Of a stretch of 64,000 nucleotides of DNA, positions 37,190-50,143 are shown one piece after another. Numbering within the stretch: the stretch's first letter is position 1; every line of letters begins with the position of its first letter. The position numbers and the translations under genes are program-made. The stretch lies in assembly GCF_006345805.1 (NCBI RefSeq), contig NC_043007.1, positions 54,374,001 to 54,438,000 of the forward strand. The letters are read 5' to 3'. The notes beneath the pieces are model-generated. The model was not told the origin of the DNA and made no database searches. It saw only the letters and a list, made by a program, of their open reading frames with translations. The DNA comes from Octopus sinensis (Eukaryota).

Positions 37190-40100
37190 ATTTAAATTAA
37201 CTTGAATCTTTATTGCTTTTTGTATATATATATATGAGACGGAGAACCCGGTGAAGAGGTAGAGGGAGGAGAAGAACTAAAGAAGGACTGGAAGGGCTAA
37301 AGGAAAAGAAAAGCTCAAGCAGGACCAAGGGTGAAACAACCAGAATAGAAGTGGAACCGCAAAGATGGAACCAAACAGCGCACACGGGTGTGTATGTTCT
37401 ACCTGAGAGGTTCTTGCTGGCATGGAAAGGAAGGTGCAGGCTGCCGCGCTTGCACATCGGGGACCCTGCCACAGAGACACGAGGCAGATGGACAAACCAT
37501 CAACACAAAGAAAGGGATGGACCACGCACCACCTGCCCCAAAGCGGAGGTACGCAGATGTTGTGCGCGCCACAAACCGCCAACATGATGTTGTCGAAAGA
37601 GCAGCTGCTGAGCACAATCTTTTTTTGTGCATGGCACAAAAGATTGTACAGCAGCTGACCTGGCTTCATCAAACCCAAGCCCGCAGGTTGGACTACCCAC
37701 TATATACCAGACCACCACAGCAAACAGACACATGATGGACACCGCCGGCAACAACGTACACCCACCTCGATGCTCCTACTGAACATCAGAGGACTGCAAA
37801 CACTCAGTAACAGGACAAAGATCCCGTTCCTGAGAGACTTTGTTGCATGCAATCAAGCCTTATGCATAGCACTTACAGAAACGCACCTGAAACCGGACAT
37901 AGCAGATGCGGAGTTACACATACCACAGTATGCTGTACTACGGACCGACAGGAAAGAAAGGAGTCATGGAGGTGTTGCTATGTACATCCGTGAGGACCTC
38001 ACACCCCAGGTCCTCTTGTCATACTCAAATTCGGTGTGTGACACACTAATTGTACATATTAGGCAACTTGATGTAGTTGTGTGTGCTACATATCGCCCTC
38101 CAGATGCCCCAAGCCATGTGGGCAAGTTTGAAGACTGCCTTATAAAAATAGAAGAAATTCTAACCACATTAGAACAACACATAGGTGTGCTTCTTATGGG
38201 AGACTTCAATCTGCCCAATGTCAGATGGCCCGATGGCCTTTCTCTCCCAGGAATGACAAGATGTGAACGAGGACAGGCGAGGTCCCTCCTGAACCTCATC
38301 AACACCCTGTACATGGAGCAGGTAATACTCCAACCACCAGGGCAGGTAACACACTGGATCTCTGCTTCACAAATGACATGGATCTCATCCATAATGTGAA
38401 AGTGACACCGACAATACTCTCGGATCACAACATGATAGAGCTGACCATGTACGGGCCAAAAGAGAGCACGGACATGCAGCCTACAAGAAACCCTCAAAAT
38501 CTTTCCAGCTTGAACTACCATAAGGCAAACTGGAAACAATTGAGAAAGAGATCCTCAAACAAAACTGGCCTAAATGTCTCTCCTCGCCAGACATCGACGT
38601 GAAACTTCAACAATTCATGTCTGTAATGCAAGCCATATGCTACAAATGTGTCCCAGAGAGAAAGGCCACTGTACACAAGAACAAAATCCCCAGAGAGAGG
38701 AAAATTTTAATGAGACGGCGTACGAAATTTTCAAATCGCCTAAACAAACAGATTGAAAGCAGTGAAAAGTCCGCCTAAAAATAAAACTGTTGGAATCGAA
38801 AAATGTCTGCAACTCTCCCATGAAAAAGAAAGAGCAGACAAAGAAGCCTGGGCTATAGAAAACATAAAATCTAACCCCAGAGCTTTCTACAGGTATGCCA
38901 AAGAAACAGCTACAGTGCACTGTAGAATAGGGCCACTCCTCGAAAAGGATGGCACACTTACAGGAAAACCAATGACGGTAAGTGAAATACTGAATGAGCA
39001 ATTCAAGAGTGTTTTCACTCCACCCCTTGGGCATCTCCAAATCACCAATCCAACTGACTTTTTTACCACTGCAGATATAAAATCAGAGGCGGCGACGATA
39101 GATTACATCGATATAAAGGAAGACGATGTAACCAGGCTATAGATGAAATGAAAACAGACTCAGCTATTGGCCCGATGGATTCCCGGCAATCCTCCTAAAA
39201 GCATGTAAGAGAGTCCTAGCAAGACCACTGCAGTTCCTCTTTCAGAGCTTCCTTGCAGCTGGCAAACTTCCAGGAAAACTGAAGGAAGGTAAAATATGCC
39301 CCATTCATAAAGGAGGTAGCAGAGCGGAAGCCAAGAACTATAGACCTATCTCTCTGACCTCACCATCAGCAAGGTCATGGAACGAATAGTCAGAAGGAAG
39401 CTGATCACCTTCCTTGAAGAGAATGACTTGCTGCCCGACACCCAACATGGTTTCCGACCAGGGAGAAGCTGTTTAACTCAGCTCCTACAACACTATGACT
39501 GGGTGCTGAAACGGCTGCTCAACCACTCAAATGTGGAAGTGATATATCTCGACTTTGCAAAGGCCTTTGATAAAGTCGATCATGGAATGATATGTCACAA
39601 ACTGCGTGATCTCAACATAGTTGGAAAACTGGGAGAATGGCTTCATGACTTTCTAAAGGATAGAAGTCAGGTGGTAGTAGCCAATGGGGCCACCTCCATT
39701 AACACACAAATAGTGAGCGGTGTTCCGCAGGGCACTGTTCTGGGACCACTACTGTTCATAATGGCCCTCTCAGACATGCCCTCAGCCACGCAGAGAGCCC
39801 GATCACAAGTTATGCAGATGATACAAAAGTTTCACAGGCAATACAGAACCCTGAGGACACTAAACCCTGCAATGTGAGCTGGACGAAATATACAAGTGGC
39901 TGAAAAGAATAGCATGCAGTTCAATGCTGGAAAGTTTCAAGCTTTATACTATCAGCATGCAAAACTGAATGCAATACCCAATGAATAACTGGACCCGGAG
40001 GGATTGCAATCCCAGAGGCACAATCAGTGCGTGACCTGGGTATTCACATGAGTGATGACGCGACCTTTCATGTACATGTTGCTAAACTGACAATGAAATG

Positions 40101-40795
40101 TAGACGGCTGGCTGGATGGATTCTTAGAACCTTTAGAACAAGAGAACAAGAAACCATGATGGTCCTCTGGAAGACACTTGTCCTAAGCCACTTTGACTAT
40201 TGCTCTCAGCTATGGTCACCATCCAGTGTCAAGTTGCTCACAGAACTTGAGGCGATCCAACGAGCTACACGAAGAAGATAGCCTCTATGCAGAATGTAGG
40301 CTACTGGAAAGACTCAAGAGATTAAAATTATATTCCCTGGAGCGTAGGCGGGAAAGATATGCCATAATATACATCTGGAAGATCCTGGAGGGAAGTGTCC
40401 TGAACTTTGGCATCGAGAGTTACGCAAATGCCAGAACTGGGCGCCACTGCGTGGTGCCTAGGACTCCAAACCTGCCATCAAGATGTAGGACAAGATTCTG
40501 TGATAGCCTGGGCTTCCAGGCCACAGCTCTTCAATATCCTCCCGAAGAACCTGAGAGACCTGCATGGGGTGGATACAGATGTCTTTAAAATGAAGCTGGA
40601 TCTCTTCCTGTCAGGTGTCCCAGATGAACCAACTTCACGGCAGGAGGGGCAGATGAGGTCAGCTGCATCGAACTCTCTCATGCACCAATAGCAGTTGCTA
40701 GAAAGCCTCCATGAAGTGAAACCAAGTAGCAACACCAAATGGCGGTGCCCAGCATGGCCACAGCTCATAAGCTGAAACTAGAATCAATCAATCAT
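37190..40795 (+). mobile_element. CR1-clade LINE, near full length, frameshifted (ORF1 remnant, APE, RT, (AATC)n tail)
   Basis: APE: LLNIRGL, LTETHL, RTDR..GGVAMY, YRPP, MGDFN, SDHN. RT: YRPISL, QHGFRPGRSC, DFAKAFDKV, GVPQGTVLGPLLF. The tail is GCTGAAACTAGAATCAATCAATC. Confidence 0.92.
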
Positions 40796-40955
40796 ATATA
40801 AATATATATATATATAATAATATTATATATATATAATATATAAATATATATATATATAAATATATAATATATATATATATAATATTATATAATTATAAAT
40901 ATATATATATATATATATATAAATATATAATATATATATAAATAATATGTATATA

Positions 40956-40991
<36 letters not shown>

Positions 40992-41313
40992 AATATATAA
41001 ATATATATGTATATATATATATATATAATATATAATATATATGTATATATATATATATAAAATATATATGTATATATATATATATAAATATATATGTATA
41101 TAAATATATATATATATAAATATATATATATATAAATATATATGTATATAAAGATATATATATATAAATATATATATATATAAATATATGTATATAAATA
41201 TATATGTATATAAATATATATATATATTAAATATATATGTATATAAATATATATGTATAAAATATATATAATATATATAATATATATGTATATAAATATA
41301 TATGTATATAAAT

Positions 41314-41359
<46 letters not shown>

Positions 41360-41431
41360 TATATATAAATATTAATATATAAATATAATATATATAAATA
41401 TATATATATATATAATATATATATATATAAT

Positions 41432-41462
<31 letters not shown>

Positions 41463-41574
41463 AATATATATATAAAATATATATATAAAATATATATATA
41501 TAATATATATATAATAATATATATATATATATATATATAAATATAATATATATATATATATATATATAAATAAT

Positions 41575-41663
<89 letters not shown>

Positions 41664-41704
41664 ATATATATATAATATATATATATATAAATATATATAT
41701 ATAT

Positions 41705-41756
<52 letters not shown>

Positions 41757-41764
41757 TATATAAT

Positions 41765-41837
<73 letters not shown>

Positions 41838-41949
41838 ATATATATATATAATATATATAATATATATAAATATATATATATATAAATAATATATATATAT
41901 ATAAATATATATATATATTAAATAGAATATATATATATAAATATATATA

Positions 41950-41982
<33 letters not shown>

Positions 41983-42027
41983 AATATATATATATTATAT
42001 AAAATAATATATATATATATAAAATAT

Positions 42028-42060
<33 letters not shown>

Positions 42061-42343
42061 AATATATATATATATATTATATAAAAATATATATATATAT
42101 ATATAAATATATATATATATAATATATATATATATAATAATATATTATATATATATCATATATATATATATATATATATATCAATATATATATATATATA
42201 TATATCAATATATATATATATATATATTCAATATATATATATATCAATATATATATCAATATATATATAATATCAATATATATATATATATATATAATAT
42301 CAATATATATATATATATATCAATATATATATATATATATATC

Positions 42344-42390
<47 letters not shown>

Positions 42391-42442
42391 CAATATATAT
42401 ATATATATATATAATAATCAATATATATATATATATATATAT

Positions 42443-42476
<34 letters not shown>
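40795..42476. repeat. About 1.7-kb compound (TA)n microsatellite
   Basis: Almost exclusively A/T, with TATAAA, TATGTA and (distally) TATCAA variant units. Confidence 0.95.
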
Positions 42477-42480
<4 letters not shown>

Positions 42481-42823
42481 ATATTTGTTGCCACTTTAAC
42501 ATGGCTGCTCTATATAGAAAAACATTACTACTATTTTTTAACTCCAAGAGAACATCTCTAGCTGGTTAACAACACAATCTGTCTCCCTACCATCTTCTAA
42601 CGATTTGACAGGACCAACAGACCAACCGGGTTTGGGGTTATTGTTTTGCTCATCATCAGTACTGGACACCTGTTCGCTAGAGATGGCAGTTATTCACTCC
42701 AGCTCACAATATATCTGACACAGACTGTATTGTTTACTGGCTAGAGATGTTCTCTTGGGGTCAAAAATTAGTAATAATGTTTCCATAGAGAACAGCCATG
42801 TTGAAGTGATAACAAGCATTACT
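42477..42823. mobile_element. MITE with imperfect terminal inverted repeats of about 105 bp
   Basis: AGTAATATTTGTTGCCACTTTAACATGGCTG...CCAAGAGAACATCTCTAGC on the left mirrors GCTAGAGATGTTCTCTTGG...CAGCCATGTTGAAGTGATAACAAGCATTACT on the right. TSD not resolved. Confidence 0.82.
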
Positions 42824-43525
42824 TCTCAGTATAGTTATTACTTTCATTTCTTATAGAGATTTTATAAGTAGCTACTTTGTTTAAAATGAGTGTGTGTAAG
42901 TATATATATTTGGTCAATGAGAGAGATGGAAGATGGAAGTTACAGGAAATTTTTATTAACCACTACAATTGTTTCCACCCATTAAGCATCGATCCCTCAT
43001 CGATAGGATATTTAACAACTGGTTTAGGAGCATCCAACAGTGTAGATGTGTCTCTTTGGGTGATAAATAGATATAACTCATTAAAATAACAGTTCTGTAA
43101 AGTATCTTCTCAATTTGTGTAGAGAAAAGCAGAAAATTAAAGGATATAACTTCATTTATATAGGAGATCAATAATTAAAAAATAACTGATGCAAAAAAGA
43201 AATGAATACTCAATAGTGAAAAAATATTAAATATATCTGTTAACAGATATAGACGTAAAACGCCCTCATGTAGGTTATATGGTGCATGTACACTCACACA
43301 TACAAACATCCATGAATATATAAGCATATGCACACATGTGGCTTGGTGCACACACATTCACATAGCAAACTGGATAGCTACTTGGTTTTTATAAGAATTG
43401 GGAGGTTAGAGCTAAATTTAATTCATCCATACCATAAGGAGAATTATGATTATTAATTAAGTTAACAGTTACTCAAATTCACACTCACTGCATTGTACAA
43501 AAGTGCATTTATATGCACTTTTGCA

Positions 43526-43880
43526 CTATCTTGAGAGCCTTTCAGAAATTCTATTAATGGTCTTCTCATTGGTCCACAGAACAGACATGGATTCTTCAGA
43601 GTAGAGCCACCATCTCCTGGAAATGATATTATATGGTTTTGTGTGCCTTGCTATGGACCAAGTTATGTTATACTTAATTTTATCTTCTTTAAGTTGCCAC
43701 ACAAAATTGGCCAAAGATGTTGAATGTCTCTTGTTGATTTTTCTTGAAGCTGACAACATGGTTGCAATAATGATTATTGGATGAATCAGCCTTTACCCCA
43801 GTGTAAACATACAGTCCTCCCATTATCTGTACAGTACATTTATATACATAATTTGTACTCATACAGAGGTTCATAGAGTG
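43526..43880 (-). mobile_element. Penelope GIY-YIG C-terminal fragment
   Basis: NYVYKCTV..VYTG, HSTSLANFVWQLKE..YNITWSI..TKPY. Confidence 0.75.
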
Positions 43881-44212
43881 GGTATATTATCTGAAGTGTA
43901 CAGTATTATATATCTACTATGGCCGATTATACCAATCAGTTTCGTGCTAGGGATTCAACAATGTTAGGTAACGATCTGATTATGTAAAACCCTGCGCTCA
44001 TCAGAGAAAGCCAATAAAGAATGAAATATAGCCCCCTGTAATTATTGGAGACAGTCATATTTCATTCCATAATGGCTACCACTGATGCATGCAGGGTTAT
44101 ATAATTGAATTATTACCATTGAATCCCTAGGTTGAAACCAATTGGTAAGATTGGTCATAATGGATATATAATGCTGCACACGTCAGATTATATATATATA
44201 TATATATATATA

Positions 44213-44698
44213 CTAGCAGTATTGCCCGGCTTTGATAAAATGGTCACATTTAATTCAAAGCGTTAAAAATGTTATGAAAACAATTGGTATGTGTTCACAA
44301 AGTCCAAACGATTAATACGAAAAAACCCTCCAGGCTACATCCTGCAAATTCATTTCTTTGCCGAATTTCTACAATGTTTACGGCAATTCGTTTTTATATC
44401 TTGATTTTTTATTTTTCATGCAATTTACGCATGCTTGCATGCGTGGTGAACACAGTTCATGTCAAACAGCTGACTGAGTAAAGTTCACTATTCAATGCAT
44501 GGGATAAGGCCTAAACAAACACATTATCGATTTTTGCACTTGCGAGATGAATTTCGGAACAGAAATAGCACAGCTCAATTTTCATTCACCTAAACTTTAA
44601 GTGACCCATTTTTGGTGGTTCTACGATTTGTTGGCTAGGAGGAAATGTGCCGGGAAGTTAAACACACAGATACACACACAAACGCACAAGTTGAGTTT

Positions 44699-44712
<14 letters not shown>
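44213..44712 (-). mobile_element. Non-autonomous Helitron
   Basis: The minus strand starts TATATATAAAACTCAACTTGTGCG..(TG)n and ends GCCGGGCAATACTG-CTAG followed by T (Helitron CTAG|T end). The 3' hairpin is only partly present. Confidence 0.6.
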
Positions 44713-44746
<34 letters not shown>

Positions 44747-44749
44747 TAT

Positions 44750-44900
44750 AGGCGTTAGGAAGGCCATCCAGCTGTAGAAACCATGACACATCTGACTGGA
44801 TCCTGGTTCAGCTCTTCAGCTTGCCAGCTCTGGTCAAACCATCCAACACACACCAGCATAGGCAACAGACATTAAATAATGATGATGATGATGATGATGA
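44750..44900 (+). mobile_element. RTE 3' tail fragment with (GAT)n
   Basis: GGCGTTAGGAAGGCCATCCAGCTGTAGAAAC...(GAT)n. Confidence 0.8.
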
Positions 44901-45035
44901 TATTATCAGTAAATCTGAAAGAGTAGCACACTCTAAGATAGAGCAGTAGAGTAAGCGCTTTATGGATGTGAAATCCAGGGTAACCCCATAGACTGGCTAT
45001 AACTATCTTTATAAAATATATAGAGAGAGAGACAG

Positions 45036-45180
45036 GGTTCAGTCCCACTGTGTGGCACCTGGGCAGGTGTCTTCTTCTATAGCCTCAGGTTGACCAAAGC
45101 TTTGTGAGTGGATTTAGTAGATGGAAACCAAAAGAAGCCTGCAGTATGGCTGCTGTCAAATGACTGAAACAGTTAAAAGT
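45036..45180 (+). mobile_element. SINE fragment (inverted relative to 49905-50040)
   Basis: GGGTTCAGTCCCAC...CAAAGCTTTGTGAGTGGATT...GTCAAATGACTGAAAC. Confidence 0.65.
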
Positions 45181-45346
45181 ATATATATATATATAATGGA
45201 GAAATTATACAAAATGTATAAGTGGATGATGAGTAAAGCACCAGCACAGTTTCAATTATCTATTATTATCTGTAGATTGCAGGAACTTCATAGTGGTGGT
45301 TGAGGTAAGAGTATTAATACAATAGATGGAAAAAAAGATTTTATTT

Positions 45347-45389
45347 AGTACGACACATGTTTTGACTCATTCTGGGTCTCTTCGGGTAC
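45347..45389 (-). ncRNA. Damaged hammerhead motif (CCGAAGA core, GAAA mutated)
   Basis: GTAC-CCGAAGA-GACCC(AGAAT)GAGTC-AAAAA-C(ATGT)G-TC-GTAC. Confidence 0.6.
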
Positions 45390-47891
45390 ATAAATAAATA
45401 AAAAAATAAAAAGTCCATCAACTTTGGGAATGAGTAAAAAACAGAGAAAAGTTGAAACGCGAAAAATTCAAATATGAACATAAAAATTCTACTTTAGAGA
45501 AAATGACGTAATGAGCCATCATTGTTGTAAAATACTTGATGAATTTAAAAAAGCCCACAGAATAATCATACCAGCTGACAAAACCGTTAATGTTTATATT
45601 GTTGACTTTAATCTCTATAACAATCATGAACTATGTGGTAAATACAAACACGCACAAGCAGATACACTCAACATAATAAATAGAAAGGGTTTAGAAATAG
45701 TAAATAGCTTAAATAAACATGATAGAACTGAACCTTATGCACCATGCAAACATTGAATACAACTAAAAGATCACAAGTCAAACTTCCATCTCGTCCTCTC
45801 TGCTAGATTAATCTGCCCCTCAAAATCTGATATCAGGAGGATAAGTAAGACAATAACAGATAGGATTATACCCCAACTTTGATCTAGAAATACTCTAGCA
45901 CTATGGTCCAACACCCAACAAGTAATTGGGTGGTTTAACCACTTAATAACAAGCAAACAAAGCAAATTCATTCAACTAGACATAGAGGGATATTATGCCA
46001 ATATCAACCCTATCCTCTTAAATAAGGCTTTAATCTTTGCTAGAAATATTTCGGATCTTTCCAGATAAGAAACTGACATAATATTAGCCACACGAGGAAC
46101 CTTAGTAAATTTTTTATAGCAATTTATGGAATAGATCTGACACTGCAAATGCATTTGACATAGCTAAAGGATCATTTGATTCTCCAAAAGTAACTGACCT
46201 TGTAGGAATTTACATCCTATCCCAGATACAATTATATATCCCTGGATTGAATGGAGGCCTATACAGAGATGACGCACTATTCTTCCTACATAAATGTAGT
46301 AAAGTACAGTGCGAAAAGTACAAAAATCTCTAAGATTTTAAAAAGTAGTGGACTCTCCATCACTATAATCAATGAATACCATAGAGTCAGCTTTTTAGAT
46401 GCTACTTTTGACTTGGATACTGGTCTACACGAGCCATTCCATAAACTTAATGAGAACCTAAAATACATCAATGTTGGATCTAATCATCCACCATCCATAA
46501 TTAGGGGACTTATTAACAACATCTCATCTAGAATATCCAGGTTATCTGCAAATAAAAATATATTCAACATACATGCGCCTTATTATAACTCAGCCTTAGC
46601 AAAGGCCGAATACCGTGAGAAAATCCAATATGCCAGTAGTATTAGTAATAATAATAATAACTCTTATAAATCAACTAGTAATAATATGATTCATTATAAC
46701 AACCTTGCCAAACACAATAATAACTACAAAAACTATATCAAAAACCTAGATAACAGAATCCCAAACCATAAGACAAGACAAACCAAACCTAGACACACTA
46801 GGATCAACCATGAATTAAAGAAAACTTATTAAATAACTACAAATTAAATAACTACCTCCACAAAATTCAATTGCCACTCCAAGCACCCAAACAAACAGAC
46901 CTAACCAAAAATATAAAAACCACGACATCCTTTGGTATAACCAAATCTGGAACTCCACCATCTCATCTAATATCGTGAAACGGGATTGCTGCTTCCCTAA
47001 AAATGGAGTATACAGCAAAATATTTAACCGTCACACTATAAAACTATCCTATGCAAATTCATCAAACTTAGAGCACCATATTCATAGGATTAACAACCGT
47101 AAACTGAGACAGAGATTAGTCAGCACTCAAAATGAACTCATACGACCAGCCTAAAGACGTTTATAACTCAAATTATACTATCAATCAACAGAGCAATACT
47201 TACAATATCCATGATAACCATTCTAAAAACAATACCAGCAACAATTCAAATAATGAACTGAGAACACCTAGTGATAATAAAACAATAATAGTGACAACCA
47301 AAATACCGAACAGAACCAATCCCTCCAGCACTCGATGTACACAAATCACCAAAATCAAACCACTATGCTCATGCAGAGATAGATCCAATATACGAATGCA
47401 CTATAAACACTAACGATATATATATATACATATATATCGGGGCATCAGCCGATTTTTTCAAAAATCGATACAGCAACCACATTGCCAGCTTTCAAAATAT
47501 CCTCAAACAACATGGAACATCACTGGCTGATTTTATCTGGCGACTTAACGATGCAAAGACAAAATACGACCTTACAAGCTCCATCCTTAGATACACGAGT
47601 CCCTACAACAATTATTCTCCGAAGAGTCACTCTCGATAATGTTGACAAAGGAGCGTATTATAAATAAACTCACTGAACACTTACCCAGATGCCTACAAGA
47701 AACTAAACACACATTTACACACCATAATCCAGACCACACATAACTTGATATACACCTGGCACCAACAACTTTTAATACACATGAACTTGAGGAACCATAT
47801 TTGAATACCCTGTATTTGACATATGATCTTGCCATACATATATATCTATATATGTGTGTGTGTGTGTGTGTGTATCTGTATGCATATATAT

Positions 47892-47941
<50 letters not shown>

Positions 47942-48112
47942 TATATATATATAAATTAATAAAAGGACATACTAAGTATGTCTACCTGCTAGAAATAACA
48001 GTCAAAACTCTTATTAAATCGCCAAAAATACACTGATGAAGACTACAGAAATCAAACAAAGGCAAAATCAGGACAAGAACATCTACTAACATACATTTAA
48101 AGTATTTGGACT

Positions 48113-48167
48113 CACATGGACCGGTTTCTGCATTGCTAAAATAAAACCTTAGCTTCTTCAGCACGTG
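48113..48167 (-). ncRNA. Hammerhead motif with intact core, stem I and stem III but misregistered stem II
   Basis: CACGTG-CTGAAGA-A-GCTAA..TTAGC-AATGCA-GAAA-C(CG)G-TC-CATGTG. Stem I has 6 bp; stem III is ACCGGT. Confidence 0.5.
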
Positions 48168-48427
48168 TTACTGTGAATAGAGGCTCCCAACCTGTCGCTT
48201 CGAAGTCTGTGATGTAACTGATTCATTTTGCGCCGAAATCATAACAGCCACCAGTGTAAAATAATCTCAATACAATTTACGAGAAAAATAATTCACCAAA
48301 AATTAATTTACGAAGGTGTCATTAATTCTATTATTATCCAATGTAACTATTTTAAAAAATGTAACTATTTTAAAATAGTTACATTGGATAATAATAGAAT
48401 TAATAACGCCTTTGTAAATTCATTTTT

Positions 48428-48480
<53 letters not shown>

Positions 48481-49326
48481 GTATGTATACATATGTATAT
48501 GTATGTATTTGTATATGTGTGAGTATGCACATATATGTATATGTGTGTGTATGTGTATCTATGTGTATATGTGTATATATGTGTGTGTGTGAGCATGTGT
48601 GTATATGTATATATGTGTAGAAGATATACATATGTCTACATTACTATCAGCACGCATTTGCGTTTTTTTAGGTGTATGTATATATTAATGTGAATTTGTG
48701 TATACATGTACATGGGCATATGTTTATATGTGTATACGCATACATATATATATATATATCAGTGTGTGTATGTGTATACGTAAGTATGTGCATGTATATA
48801 TTTACTTATTTGTATACACAAATGTGTTAACACGTGTGCATGTGTCAAACTTTGCACTGATGTCTGTATCTTGCTTTACATACGAAAATACACAGATATT
48901 TATCTATGCTATGTGTATATATTTATGTATACATGCATATGTGTGCCTGTATATATGAGTTCCTATACATATATGTATGTATTCGTTAATATGTGTGCGT
49001 ATGCACGTGTATCTAGTAGTACGTAAAATATATACCCATATACTGGGATGTACATGTGCGAGCGTGTATGTATAAGTGCGTATATATATATGCAAAAAAT
49101 TTGTCAGCTAAGTATTATCTTCCTTTCTACTTACTTTTCTTTCTCAACAGTACCACAACGATGGCTTGTTATGTCATTTTCTCTAAACTAGAATTTTCAC
49201 TTTCATATTTGAATTTTTCATGTTTCAACTTTTCTCGTTTTTTCACTCATTCCCAAAGTTGACGGACATTTAGCGATATGTAAAATCGAATCTCTACGGA
49301 GACCTTTTAGTTTTTTATTTATTTAT

Positions 49327-49368
49327 GTACCCGAAGAGACCCAGAACGGGTTGAAACATGTGTCGTAC
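49327..49368 (+). ncRNA. Minimal type-I hammerhead ribozyme motif (CCGAAGA core, GUC triplet)
   Basis: GTAC-CCGAAGA-GACCC(AGAAC)GGGTT-GAAA-C(ATGT)G-TC-GTAC. Stem I extends to about 12 bp with one bulge. Confidence 0.75.
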
Positions 49369-49404
49369 TAAATAAAATCTTTTTTCTATCTATTTTATTA
49401 ATAC

Positions 49405-49460
<56 letters not shown>

Positions 49461-49489
49461 CTGTCCCTCTACCCCCATTGCCTAACAAC

Positions 49490-49845
49490 TGATGCTGATG
49501 TGTTAATGTCCTTGTAACTTAGCAGTTCAACAAAAGAGACAGATAGAATAAGTACTAGACGCACAAAGAATAAGCCCATGGGGCAATTTCTTCAACTAAA
49601 ACCCTTCAAGGTGGTGCTCCAGCATGGCCTCATTCAAATGACTGAAACAAGTAAAAGAATAAATGAATATATATATATCTATATGTATTTTCTTTTATTC
49701 TTTTATTCTCAGTCATTTGACTCTGGCCATGCTGGAGTACTGCTTTTAATCAAAGAAACAGACCCCAGGACTAATTCTTTGTAAGATTAGTACTTATTCT
49801 GTCGGTCTCTTTTGACAAACCACTATGTTATGGGGACAAACACAG
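49490..49845. mobile_element. Tail-to-tail pair of SINE 3' halves (+ at 49490-49660, - at 49705-49845)
   Basis: Both carry GAATAAGTACT...CTCCAGCATGGCC...CAAATGACTGA, in opposite orientations. Confidence 0.75.
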
Positions 49846-49870
49846 ATACAGAAGCACATACATATGTATG

Positions 49871-49904
<34 letters not shown>

Positions 49905-49911
<7 letters not shown>

Positions 49912-50040
49912 GACTTCTTTCAGTTTCCATCTACGAAATCCACTCACAAGGCTTTGGTCAGTCCAAGGCTATATTAGAAGACACTTGCCCAAGGTGCCAT
50001 GCTGTGGGACTGAATCTCGAGCCATGTGGTTGGTAAGCAA
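49905..50040 (-). mobile_element. SINE fragment
   Basis: Reverse complement of the 45036-45160 family (AATCCACTCACAAGGCTTTGGTC...CACTTGCCCAAGGTGCCA). Confidence 0.65.
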
Positions 50041-50072
50041 GTATCTATATCTATCTATCTATCTACATATAT

Positions 50073-50143
<71 letters not shown>

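Larger units (their letters stand above)
45310..49407 (+). mobile_element. Penelope-like element with inverted pseudo-LTR-like repeats; decayed ORF at about 45510-47720
   Basis: PADKT, RLICPSKSDI, KFIQLDIEGYY, GLYRDDAL, VSFLDATFDL, SNHPP, KIFNRHTIKLSY, YIGAS..NRYSNH. Segments 45310-45535 and 49153-49407 are reverse complements apart from a 30-nt indel. Linking the right repeat to this ORF is inference. Confidence 0.8.

Noticed and set aside
43939-44004. Hammerhead (CTGATGA...long stem II...GAAAC, minus strand)
   Set aside because: Stems I and III cannot be formed. It is probably a decayed PLE motif and was not counted.
48033-48057. CTGATGAAGACTACAGAAATCAAAC hammerhead-like stretch
   Set aside because: Stem II and GAAA are broken and there is no cleavage triplet or stem I.
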